Assembly (NCBI GenBank): GCA_034440455.1
Contig: JAWXCB010000062.1
Coordinates: 3,624-67,623, forward strand
Length of the DNA stretch: 64,000 nucleotides
DNA from: Chitinophagales bacterium
Lineage (GTDB): Bacteria > Bacteroidota > Bacteroidia > Chitinophagales > CAIOSU01
Direction: 5' to 3'
The notes under the pieces were generated by a model. The model saw only the letters and a list, made by a program, of their open reading frames with translations, had not been told where the DNA came from and made no database searches. Of this stretch, positions 31,493 to 39,613 are shown one piece after another (positions within the stretch are counted from its first letter, which is position 1; each line of letters starts with the position of its first letter). The translations under genes were made by a program, and so were the position numbers.

Positions 31493-33115
31493 TTACTGCA
31501 ATACCACCTTTCCTAACCATAGATTTTTCCAATCATCATCATGACCGATGTAGGTGATACTGTTTTCGCTTTTGTCGAATACGCTCGGAAAATATTTTTT
31601 CAGAAAATATTTTTCTCCTCCCAACACTTTAATTGCTCCAAGGGAAGAGTTGCTCAAGTCAATCTTGCAGATACGCGGGAAATACAGCGCATAGAAAGTT
31701 GGCGCACCGTTGTAGGCATCCATGAAACTTTCGTAGCCTTTCGTGCCTTTCACTTCCAGCAGTTCCCAGTAGATGCTCTTGCCATCGGATGCGAGATGAA
31801 AATTTTGTTTCATTTCAAAGATTTCGCTTTTCTTGTCCATATTCATTTTCCCGATTCCGTATTGCGCTTTCAGGCTGCCGCTTTTGTCGAAGTGAAAGCA
31901 AACGATGTCGCCATAAGAGGTCACTAAGGTGCCGCCCACGTTTTCTTTTGCAGTGAGTTGTCCGGCTATCAAATAATCTCCGGAAGCGGTAACCGTGAAT
32001 TGTTCGATTAAAAACTTTTTTCCGTTGTAGGCACTTGCGCCTTTGTCACCGGGCGCGGTTTTGAATTTGCTTTTGAATTCTGCAACTGGTGTTGTAGATG
32101 CGAACGAAAGTGTGTTGGCGCTGAACTTGAACAAATGAAACTGCTCCATTTTTTCGCTTGCTCCTTTTTCCCATTTCAGGTCTAATGCATTATTAGCGCT
32201 GCCTGTAAAACCGGGGCTGACAATAGGCGCATATTCACTGAATAATTTTTCATAGGACTCTTTTGAACCTGTAGAACTGCCGCAGAAATAAACATCGCCA
32301 TCTTTCTCATAAGCAGCGGTAAGCAGCAGCGCAGAAGCGGGGCTGTTAAATTCCGCCCTGTTGATTTGGTTGCCGAGCATGTCATACTGCACATACACAT
32401 ACTTCGAAATATCCGCTGCGCCTTTCTTGGGAGCAAACACCAGCACGATGTTATCGGTGGCAAGCTGCTCGCAGAATACCAGCGAATACGCGCCTTTCAG
32501 GTCAACGATTTTTTCGGTTATCTCTAATTTGTCATTAAACAGCAGCACATAATAATTGTCGGCTGCGTTTTTTTCTTTTGATTCATTGCGAGCGATGATG
32601 AACACATCATTCTTGTTATCATCCGAAGAAACATAACTCGCATAGCCGTTAAAGGTTTTGCCGCCATCGTTCCTCGGTTTAATTGTTTCTCTTGAGAGCA
32701 CTTTTTTCGTAATGAACTTTTGATTTTCATTACTCCATGTTCTCAGTGAAACCACTTTTGTAAGTTTCAATTTCATACTCAACACATCAAACGAGGTTGA
32801 GCCGCCCACCGTGGCATAATAGGAAGTGCGCTCATAATCTACTTTCTGCTCTTTTTTCTCCTTCGTATCCTTGCTCTCTAAGAATTTCAGATTCTTGTCA
32901 AAACTGTATTCCTCGTAAGAGATGTCTTCGCTGTTCTTGTCCAATTTCATTTTGTACGTGATGTAGCTCGTGCCACCTTCATCTTTCGATACATTGTACA
33001 CGTATCCCTTTTCTGCCTTTTTTGAGAGCAACTGTACGGTTTCCTTAAATTCCTGCGCGTTTACTGCAATAGCAGCGGTGGCGATGAGTAGAATTGCGAA
33101 TGATAATTTTTTCAT
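31493..33115 (-). CDS. Hypothetical secreted protein
   Basis: 540-aa ORF with signal peptide MKKLSFAILLIATAAIAVNAQ. No family recognised. Confidence 0.7.
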   Translation of the reverse strand: MKKLSFAILLIATAAIAVNAQEFKETVQLLSKKAEKGYVYNVSKDEGGTSYITYKMKLDKNSEDISYEEYSFDKNLKFLESKDTKEKKEQKVDYERTSYYATVGGSTSFDVLSMKLKLTKVVSLRTWSNENQKFITKKVLSRETIKPRNDGGKTFNGYASYVSSDDNKNDVFIIARNESKEKNAADNYYVLLFNDKLEITEKIVDLKGAYSLVFCEQLATDNIVLVFAPKKGAADISKYVYVQYDMLGNQINRAEFNSPASALLLTAAYEKDGDVYFCGSSTGSKESYEKLFSEYAPIVSPGFTGSANNALDLKWEKGASEKMEQFHLFKFSANTLSFASTTPVAEFKSKFKTAPGDKGASAYNGKKFLIEQFTVTASGDYLIAGQLTAKENVGGTLVTSYGDIVCFHFDKSGSLKAQYGIGKMNMDKKSEIFEMKQNFHLASDGKSIYWELLEVKGTKGYESFMDAYNGAPTFYALYFPRICKIDLSNSSLGAIKVLGGEKYFLKKYFPSVFDKSENSITYIGHDDDWKNLWLGKVVLQ

Positions 33116-33450
33116 AAAAATGCTTACTGTTTTATTGTGTTAATTGATTTTTTATTTGTCGGGTAATTCTGATTATCCGGTGAATAAGAATAGGATGCCT
33201 GATAGCAGAGGAAATCCTTAACGCCTCTGTATTCGCAAATATATTGACTAAGAGAGGCATCACCAATATTTTCAGAAAATCGGTACTTCAACGTAGATGC
33301 TATCTAAACATTTGGAGGAAGGAGGGCGAAGGAAAAAAGCTTTGCACGATTCTTTTATTTCTGCAACCGCAGGATAAAGGCGAATAGCGTCTCACAAAAC
33401 AAATGTACGCCTTTAAAGTCAGGAGAGTCGTCATTGATTTATTTATTGCG

Positions 33451-33996
33451 TTAGAACTGCCTGAGTATTGAAAAACTTTTCAATGGATAATCATTTACAA
33501 CGTGCAGCACTCTTGCTTTGGGCGCTGCTTCTGCTTCCTTTTGCTTGCTTTTACTCCAGAGGAGGCGATATTCCGCCCGCAATTTTTTGGGCACATCACG
33601 TTCAGGAATTCCTGATTTCAATGCGGCTTCTTTTAAGCTCACAAGTTCAAAACAGAGCAGGTTGATGAGCGGATAACTTCCGTTGAGCGGTTTATAGCTG
33701 ACTGGTTTCAGCTTGCGCGCTTTTAAGTGTTTAAGAGTTAATCTATACGTGTGGCGGAGCAGGCAATGGCACAGCGCTGTGTAAATGCGTGAAAGCATCC
33801 TTCTCTCTTTTAGCTCCCGGAAAGTTTCTTTAAATATTTCTTCGGCTATTTTATCATCACCTGTCATGTTAAGGATAACTCCATACATCATGGGCGCATA
33901 TTTATCATGCACAATTTCCCATACGGATTCTTTGTTTTGAACAAGCATGGAAATAATGGTGGAGTCGCGGTGGTGGCTATTTAGAGAGGGTGTCAT
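33451..33996 (-). CDS. ECF-like sigma-70 family RNA polymerase sigma factor
   Basis: Region 2-like VWEIVHDKYAPMMYGVILNMTGDDKIAEEIFKETF and ALCHCLLRHTYRLTLKHLKARK. Region 4-like LCFELVSLKEAALKSGIPERDVPKKLRAEYRLL. 181 aa. Confidence 0.7.
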   Translation of the reverse strand: MTPSLNSHHRDSTIISMLVQNKESVWEIVHDKYAPMMYGVILNMTGDDKIAEEIFKETFRELKERRMLSRIYTALCHCLLRHTYRLTLKHLKARKLKPVSYKPLNGSYPLINLLCFELVSLKEAALKSGIPERDVPKKLRAEYRLLWSKSKQKEAEAAPKARVLHVVNDYPLKSFSILRQF

Positions 33997-34057
33997 TTAT
34001 TTTCATATTTGTTGGTGAGAGGCAGCCGCTAATTTTATCAGAGTTATTCGGATGCCC

Positions 34058-34098
34058 GTTACGCAATTCGTTAAAAAGGTTATATCATTCACACATTT
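34058..34098 (-). promoter_or_regulatory. Stress-module copy A (box pair only) upstream of the sigma-like gene
   Basis: Gene strand: AAATGTGTGAATGATATAAC-CTTTTTAAC-GAATTGCGTAAC. The boxes are 21 bp apart, as in all other copies. The downstream GGTTTC..CTCACCTTTGTAT part is not conserved at the standard distance (CTCACC occurs at 34014-34019). Confidence 0.7.
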
Positions 34099-34309
34099 TG
34101 GAATTCGGAGATTTTCTTTCAAATGCGGTCAATTGCATTTGAATAGATTCTAAGTATTGTTCGAAATCAACCGTGCTGATTTCTTTTTCAAGAGTAGAAA
34201 GGAACAAAGGTGTTTCGCTTAAATGCTTGTAGAGTTCAGGAAAATCTTTTTGAATAATTGTTGTAACTCTGAAGATTTCATTCATGAGTTTATTTTGCAG
34301 CGGCAGCAT
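34085..34309 (-). CDS. Hypothetical small protein
   Basis: 74-aa ORF whose stop lies inside module copy A. Its start overlaps the stop of the upstream small membrane protein. Confidence 0.4.
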   Translation of the reverse strand: MLPLQNKLMNEIFRVTTIIQKDFPELYKHLSETPLFLSTLEKEISTVDFEQYLESIQMQLTAFERKSPNSKMCE

Positions 34310-34503
34310 TATGCTTCATCTTTTGTTGTGCGCACCAATCCAATGCCGGAGATAAAAAACAGGAGACCGAGCACTCCGAAAACCAGAAGAGCTTTAACAT
34401 CATGCGCACCGCCCGATGTAGTGACGAATGCTATCGCAGTATAAATAAGTCCGCCTATTCCAAGAATAGTAAGGACTGCGCCAAAGACTCTTTTGAGGTT
34501 CAT
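34309..34503 (-). CDS. Small two-TM membrane protein
   Basis: 64 aa with two clear hydrophobic helices (VFGAVLTILGIGGLIYTAIAF and LLVFGVLGLLFFISGIGLV). Confidence 0.55.
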   Translation of the reverse strand: MNLKRVFGAVLTILGIGGLIYTAIAFVTTSGGAHDVKALLVFGVLGLLFFISGIGLVRTTKDEA

Positions 34504-34562
34504 ATTATTTGCAGCAATTTTTTATCACGGTTAGAGAATGAATACTGTCATTCCGGAAAGTG

Positions 34563-35177
34563 TCAGAGTTTAAATGAAAACCCTACGTTGACTACACTCT
34601 TGCCCCAGCCGAACTCGCCATTTACCCCAACCTTCTCGCTGAAGTAGTAACGGACACCGACATGCAGCCCACCGAAAGCCAACGGCACTATTCGCGAGGA
34701 GTTTTCATAGTAAGTGAAAGCGACACCACTGCCCACATTCGCCCCTGCATAGATGTCTAATTTGTCGGAATGAATGTTCTTGCTTGAGTTGTCTGCTATC
34801 AATTGATAGAAGTGGAAGTTGGCTATCATCCCGATGGGCACATTTATTTCGCCTGAATATTTATAATAGAGTTCATCTCTTTTTCCTTTCTTTTCTCCTC
34901 TGGTTCTTCCGCCTACTCCAGTGGTAAATCCAAGCCCCACATATTTATGAATTCCGAATTCCCCTTGGAAATTGATTTGTCCGGTTGAAGGATAATACCA
35001 TCTGTTGAAATCACCATCATGTCTGTAATAGTAATAGTCGTCTATGTGGAAGAATTTTGAGACCCCAAAGCCTAATGACAGCACTCTCGAGTTTCTTTCC
35101 CACGCCTGCGCATGAACAGGATTCGCGTTCAGCAGCAGAATAAATACAATAATCAGATGACACAAAATCTTTTTCAT
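34563..35177 (-). CDS. Outer-membrane beta-barrel protein
   Basis: Signal peptide ending VHAQA and alternating aromatic/Gly-rich strands. Confidence 0.65.
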   Translation of the reverse strand: MKKILCHLIIVFILLLNANPVHAQAWERNSRVLSLGFGVSKFFHIDDYYYYRHDGDFNRWYYPSTGQINFQGEFGIHKYVGLGFTTGVGGRTRGEKKGKRDELYYKYSGEINVPIGMIANFHFYQLIADNSSKNIHSDKLDIYAGANVGSGVAFTYYENSSRIVPLAFGGLHVGVRYYFSEKVGVNGEFGWGKSVVNVGFSFKL

Positions 35178-35213
35178 GAGGAATGTTTTTAGTTTGGATT
35201 ATCAGAAGAGAAT

Positions 35214-35246
35214 AAAAAAAGGCGGGCGCAACGCCCGCCTTTTTTT
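35214..35246 (-). terminator. Strong intrinsic (bidirectional-type) terminator
   Basis: A7 - ggcgggcg caa cgcccgcc - T7: an 8-bp GC stem at 35221-35239 flanked by A and T runs. Confidence 0.85.
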
Positions 35247-35259
35247 GAGAGGTTGTTGC

Positions 35260-35727
35260 TTACTTTTTATTGTCAACCGTCAGGTCTTTGAATGCCTTTC
35301 CAAACTCATCCATGTCGTGATTGAATTCACGCTTGAATGTTTCCCAATCGCTTTGGCTCTTTTCGTAGTTGTCAATTTTGGTACGCATGGCTTTGTTTTG
35401 CTGTTCGAGCGTATCAACCCTTTTAGCATAAACTGCGTCAAGCGTCTTGCCTGAACTTTTCATCTTTTCTCTTACTTCAGCAATGCGCACTTCATTGTCT
35501 CTGATTTTTATATCAGATTCATTCTTGAATGTTTGCCATTCAAATGCTTTAGCTGATTTCTCCTTTTCTGCATCTGCTTTTTGTTGTGCTTCGTTCAAAT
35601 CTTGTTTTGCATCTTTCACATCAGCCTGAGCGGCATCTTCTTTTTGAGCAGATGACTGGCAGCCGGTGAAGATTGTTCCTGCCATCAGCGTGGTTGCCAT
35701 GGCGAGGGTTAAAATTGTTTTTTTCAT
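35260..35727 (-). CDS. Lipoprotein with coiled-coil region
   Basis: Lipobox IFTGC after a signal peptide. The rest is K/E/Q/A-rich and helical. Confidence 0.7.
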   Translation of the reverse strand: MKKTILTLAMATTLMAGTIFTGCQSSAQKEDAAQADVKDAKQDLNEAQQKADAEKEKSAKAFEWQTFKNESDIKIRDNEVRIAEVREKMKSSGKTLDAVYAKRVDTLEQQNKAMRTKIDNYEKSQSDWETFKREFNHDMDEFGKAFKDLTVDNKK

Positions 35728-35788
35728 TATGTTTGTTTTTTATTCCTGCAAGTCTGTGCAGGACAGTTTTCTTTAAATAGAGAACTGC

Positions 35789-35971
35789 TTATGCCCCCAT
35801 GATTTTATGCAACTCCTCTTTTGTTTTGCCTAACTTGATTTGGAGTTTTCCAAGCATTTCGTCTTTTTTGCCTTCAGCAAACAACAAGTCATTGTCTGTT
35901 AATGTTGCAAATTTTTGTTTGAGCTTGCCCTTCTGCTCATCCCAGTTTCCTTTTAGTTCTGTGGTGTTCAT
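35789..35971 (-). CDS. CsbD-family general stress protein
   Basis: 60 aa. LKGNWDEQKGKLKQKFATLTDNDLLFAEGKKDEMLGKLQIKLGKTKEE is the CsbD signature. Confidence 0.85.
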   Translation of the reverse strand: MNTTELKGNWDEQKGKLKQKFATLTDNDLLFAEGKKDEMLGKLQIKLGKTKEELHKIMGA

Positions 35972-35989
35972 AATAGATGGTTTTAAATA

Positions 35990-36005
35990 GTGAAAGAATT
36001 TTCAC
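35990..36005 (-). promoter_or_regulatory. Leader palindrome GTGAAA-N4-TTTCAC (CsbD gene)
   Basis: Perfect 6-bp inverted repeat directly after the TTTGTAT box. The identical element occurs at 39501-39516 and 41440-41455. Confidence 0.6.
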
Positions 36006-36006
36006 A

Positions 36007-36079
36007 ATACAAAAGTGCGGGCTTTAACTATGGAAACCGTTACACAATTCTGTAAAAGAGTTACATCATTCACACATTT
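36007..36079 (-). promoter_or_regulatory. Stress-module copy B (upstream of CsbD gene)
   Basis: Gene strand: AAATGTGTGAATGATGTAAC-N9-GAATTGTGTAAC-GGTTTC-N13-CGCACTTTTGTAT. Box spacing 21, box-to-TTTG spacing 25. Confidence 0.8.
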
Positions 36080-36297
36080 GGAGAAGACTGTTTATGGAGT
36101 TTTTTTTGTTTTAACAATTTCGGCAGGTCTTGTGCAGGTCCGTCATTAGCGCCACTACCTTGAACTCCGGCAATTCCTTTTTTGGAATGAGCAACGCGCG
36201 GAATTTTCTCCGGTAACTTGTTCAGCGTCATACCCGGAGCATTGGGCTGTTCTTCAGCATATCCTCGTCTGATTTTTTTAATTGGTTTTATTTTCAT
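36070..36297 (-). CDS. Hypothetical small basic protein
   Basis: ORF from MKIKPIKKIRRGY, last gene of the Dps-led gene string. Its stop lies inside module copy B. Confidence 0.35.
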   Translation of the reverse strand: MKIKPIKKIRRGYAEEQPNAPGMTLNKLPEKIPRVAHSKKGIAGVQGSGANDGPAQDLPKLLKQKKLHKQSSPNV

Positions 36298-36357
36298 GTT
36301 CTTTATTTTATTTTTTTGAGCTACCGAATTCAAACGCGAATCCTATAAACTCCTATG

Positions 36358-37500
36358 TCATTTTGATTCCCTATCTTTCTTTCTGAATAGTTTTCTCGAA
36401 AAGCGGTTATCCTTTTCTGATTTATCTACCGATTGGATATTAATCGCATTATCTATGGATGGATGCAGCGCCCGGATAAAACCATTTCTCAATACTTCAA
36501 TCATTGCATACCAAATGCGCACATTCGGGTCATCCAGATTGCCGTCTAACGGAATCCGTGTTGCAATCTGATCTTTCTTTTGGTTTTCCAGCAACTCGGC
36601 AGTGGTCCCCACTATTGCCTCCCACATTTTCCGAAAAATATTATCATCCCTGTCTTCTGCGCCCACAACTTTCAGGTCGCTTATTAAAGGCTTTATATAA
36701 CCGGTGAATTGCCCTTGTTCCGATGCCACTTCAGTATAGAGTCCGAAAGTCCCCCTGCTCACATCAATCTTTGCATAGGCTTGAAAAAAATCATTGAGCA
36801 ATACCAGGTTGGTGCTATCAAGTGAAACATTAAGGTCAAAGGTGGGTTTTGAAGCCAGCGGATTGAGTTTCATATTCAGCTTAAAAAACCCCTCATACAC
36901 ATCAGCCGTCATCACTACTACAGCAGGCAACAGGCTGACTGAGTCATATACATTTCTAAGATTTGTTGCCGACATGGATATTGCTGTCATCTCAATGTCA
37001 ACCATTGGTTTGCTGGTGGAATCAATAAATCTGAGCTTGCCGTTTAGCATTTCCATGCGATTGATTTTCAAAGGCATGAAATCTTTCAGCAGTTCGCGAA
37101 AGTCGGCAGTATCCTTTTGCACTTGGGCCGGCTCCACTTTATCAAGCGTAAACCGTACTTCAGGTGAATCAAAAATCAATTCACCCACAATATTCCCGCG
37201 TAGCAAACCCTTCCATTCTACAGAGAGGTCAATTTGCCGTGCGCTCATAAAAGGTGTTTGCTTGCCGGTAGCTGAATCAACCTTATCAATATTAATAGCG
37301 CAGATTTTATAGGCTCCCCGGTAGAGCGCCAGATCAATATCCTCTATATTCCCAGTGTATCCCTTCAGCGTTTTAAGATTTTTGTTGGCAAAATGCAGGA
37401 GAACAAAAGGCAGGCTGATTCGTATTGCCACCAGCAGAACAATCACGGACAGCAAGGCTATTCCTGCTTTTTTTCTTTTAAAAAAATCGGGCAACTTCAT
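36358..37500 (-). CDS. Membrane-anchored protein, DUF748-like
   Basis: 380 aa with an N-terminal TM. The LKGYTGNIEDIDLALYRGAYKI region resembles DUF748. Tentative. Confidence 0.5.
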   Translation of the reverse strand: MKLPDFFKRKKAGIALLSVIVLLVAIRISLPFVLLHFANKNLKTLKGYTGNIEDIDLALYRGAYKICAINIDKVDSATGKQTPFMSARQIDLSVEWKGLLRGNIVGELIFDSPEVRFTLDKVEPAQVQKDTADFRELLKDFMPLKINRMEMLNGKLRFIDSTSKPMVDIEMTAISMSATNLRNVYDSVSLLPAVVVMTADVYEGFFKLNMKLNPLASKPTFDLNVSLDSTNLVLLNDFFQAYAKIDVSRGTFGLYTEVASEQGQFTGYIKPLISDLKVVGAEDRDDNIFRKMWEAIVGTTAELLENQKKDQIATRIPLDGNLDDPNVRIWYAMIEVLRNGFIRALHPSIDNAINIQSVDKSEKDNRFSRKLFRKKDRESK

Positions 37501-37601
37501 TAAATGTTCTTTTATATAGAATAACTCATCCGCTTCAATGTTTTACCAATAAATGATTGAGGAACAAAGTGTCAATTCATTCATAGACTTTTTTTGCTAT
37601 G

Positions 37602-38129
37602 CTACCTGAGCATTGAGAGGTTGAGGGTGTTCTCTTTTTCACTGTAAGTAAACTTGCAGTCACCAAAGCCGGGAGGTTTGAGCTTTGGCTTGAAATTATT
37701 TGAAAATCCATAAGGTTCTTGAGGGATGCCCATGAAATTTCTATCGCATTTTCCATCATTGTTTACATCCTGGTAAAAAGCTATCGCAAACTCGCCATAG
37801 CTGAGGTCTTTTACCTGGGTAGTCAATGTACTCCCATTGGAGTTAAACTTATATCCCTTCAGCCTGTCGGTCTTGCTCAGGAATTTATGTTTTGTCTGGT
37901 AAAAAACTACGTTCACACGTGACTTGGAAGGAGCAAGGTTTGTGAAAATAAGCGTAAGTGGTTTGCGTCCTGTTACTTCAGCCACACTATCAGTTACTTG
38001 TAAAGAATCTTCCGCAATTACATCGTCTGTTTCCGGGAGGCTTACGGGATACTTGCACCCGCTGACAAAAAGCGCGCAGAGTACAATGAGGAAGGTAATT
38101 GCAGGAATAAGTTTTTGCTTTGCTTGCAT
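37602..38129 (-). CDS. DUF2141 domain-containing lipoprotein
   Basis: FYQDVNNDGKCDRNFMGIPQEPYGFSNN is the DUF2141 signature. Lipobox FVSGC. Start taken at the internal Met (38129) after the dps stop. Confidence 0.75.
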   Translation of the reverse strand: MQAKQKLIPAITFLIVLCALFVSGCKYPVSLPETDDVIAEDSLQVTDSVAEVTGRKPLTLIFTNLAPSKSRVNVVFYQTKHKFLSKTDRLKGYKFNSNGSTLTTQVKDLSYGEFAIAFYQDVNNDGKCDRNFMGIPQEPYGFSNNFKPKLKPPGFGDCKFTYSEKENTLNLSMLR

Positions 38130-38143
38130 TTCTTTTTTTTTAA

Positions 38144-38617
38144 TCAACTTAAATATCTTCTCAAAACCCATGCGGTGGTTTCATGCTGCTTCATCAATCC
38201 TGTGAGGAAATCAGCAGTTCCCGCGTCTTTATATTTTTCGCTGCAAGCATCCACGCCTTCACGCAGTTCAACTACAGAAGTTTCATGGTCTTTCAGCAGT
38301 TCCCGAATCATTTCTTTTGAGGAAGGATATTTTCCGGGAGTTTCTTTGATGGTGGATAGTTTTGCAAACTCCTGCATGGTGCCGATGGTTTTGCTTCCTA
38401 ATTTATTGATGCGTTCAGCTACTTCATCAATGGCTTCTTCCAGTTGCTTGTATTGGCTCTCAAAAAGCTTGTGCAACTCCATGAAACTTTCACCTCCCAC
38501 GTTCCAATGAAATTTTCTTGTCTTTACATACAAGGTCATCTGGTTGGACAGCACAGTTGAAAGAAGCGTAGTGACGCGCTCTAAAGTTTTTTCAGAGATA
38601 CCGATATTAGTTTTCAT
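38144..38617 (-). CDS. dps: Dps family DNA starvation/stationary-phase protection protein
   Basis: 157 aa. LYVKTRKFHWNVGGESFMELHKLFESQY ... DEVAERI ... are ferritin-like Dps motifs. Confidence 0.9.
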   Translation of the reverse strand: MKTNIGISEKTLERVTTLLSTVLSNQMTLYVKTRKFHWNVGGESFMELHKLFESQYKQLEEAIDEVAERINKLGSKTIGTMQEFAKLSTIKETPGKYPSSKEMIRELLKDHETSVVELREGVDACSEKYKDAGTADFLTGLMKQHETTAWVLRRYLS

Positions 38618-38646
38618 AGTAGAATGTATTTAGTGAAGTTTTGAGA

Positions 38647-38719
38647 ATACAAAGTTGAACCCATGCCTTGTGGAAAGCGTTACACAATTGCAGGAAAGAG
38701 TTACATGATTCACACATTT
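38647..38719 (-). promoter_or_regulatory. Stress-module copy C (upstream of dps)
   Basis: Gene strand: AAATGTGTGAATCATGTAAC-N9-CAATTGTGTAAC-GCTTTC-N13-GTTCAACTTTGTAT. Spacings 21 and 25. Confidence 0.8.
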
Positions 38720-38998
38720 GTAAAAATTTTGTTTAGTGGAAGTCTTTCAAGAAACCGGTTAACGGGTAACAGGCTCGCGTACCTTTTCGTTGGTCATAGA
38801 AAGAAGATTGGAAAATTCCCATGTTCCTGATTTATCCGTTTAGCCAACCTGACAAACCGGGAAAGACTCCACTAAACAAAACTTTGTGACATTTTATTAT
38901 AGGCTTGGTGTGAAATACTGCTGAAAAATTAAAGTGAGGAGCAAAGCGGTGACTTGCGTACGGTTACCCCTCACTTTAATCTGATGATTAATCAGCAA

Positions 38999-39463
38999 TC
39001 AATTTTTCTTATCAGTCCGCTTGTTAGCATTCTGATTTTGGTTACCGCTCTTGTTGGAGATTTCATCTTTGTTTGCATCACGAACGGTGCTTTCACGCTG
39101 ACTTCCTTTCTGATATTCTTGCTGGCAATTGCGCTCATCTGAAGTAGCCTTGTCACCGTTCTGCTGCTTTTTGCCCGGATACTCATTCGGAGTTTTCTGC
39201 TGATCTTCATCCTCCTCAGCAACTGTTGTATCCTCTCTTTGGCGATTACGCTGGTCTGAAGGAGCCTTGTCACCATTCTGCTGTTTTTTACCGGGAAATT
39301 CATTCGGAGTATCTGTTTGTTCCTCATTTTCATCAACAATTGAAGATGATTTTTCTGTCGGAGCGCCCTTTTTTCTTTGATTGTCGCGATTGAACTGACC
39401 GCCTTGATTTTGCTGACCACTCTGGTTACCTGTAACCTCTTGGTCTTTTTGATTTTTTGACAT
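38999..39463 (-). CDS. Intrinsically disordered hydrophilic protein with internal repeat (hydrophilin-like)
   Basis: Start MSKNQKDQ at 39463. 154 aa rich in Q/N/K/E/D/G. Tandem TPNE(F/Y)PGKKQQNGDKA(P/T)SD(Q/E)RN repeat. Confidence 0.65.
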   Translation of the reverse strand: MSKNQKDQEVTGNQSGQQNQGGQFNRDNQRKKGAPTEKSSSIVDENEEQTDTPNEFPGKKQQNGDKAPSDQRNRQREDTTVAEEDEDQQKTPNEYPGKKQQNGDKATSDERNCQQEYQKGSQRESTVRDANKDEISNKSGNQNQNANKRTDKKN

Positions 39464-39500
39464 TTCGTTTAATTTTTTTTGCCGCGACTGGCGGAACAGT

Positions 39501-39516
39501 GTGAAAGAATTTTCAC
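39501..39516 (-). promoter_or_regulatory. Leader palindrome GTGAAA-N4-TTTCAC (hydrophilin 1)
   Basis: Identical to 35990-36005. Followed in the leader by a short CCGC-N5-GCGG hairpin (39482-39494). Confidence 0.6.
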
Positions 39517-39517
39517 G

Positions 39518-39590
39518 ATACAAAGGTGAGTGCTTAGTTGTCAGAAACTGTTATACAATTCTTAAATAGAATTGCATCATTCACACATTT
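39518..39590 (-). promoter_or_regulatory. Stress-module copy D (upstream of hydrophilin 1)
   Basis: Gene strand: AAATGTGTGAATGATGCAAT-N9-GAATTGTATAAC-AGTTTC-N13-CTCACCTTTGTAT. Spacings 21 and 25. Confidence 0.8.
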
Positions 39591-39613
39591 TTCGATTTGC
39601 TGAAAAAATTAAT

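Noticed and set aside
35745-35762. Hairpin cctgca-agtctg-tgcagg after the CsbD gene as a terminator
   Set aside because: On the transcribed (minus) strand it is followed by AATAAAAAAC rather than a U run, so it is not a canonical intrinsic terminator.
36060-36079. Distal box as a CRP/FNR-type palindromic site (contains TGTGA)
   Set aside because: TGTGAATGATGTAAC is not palindromic: the second half is TAAC., not TCACA. The clear symmetry is a direct repeat with the proximal box at 21 bp.
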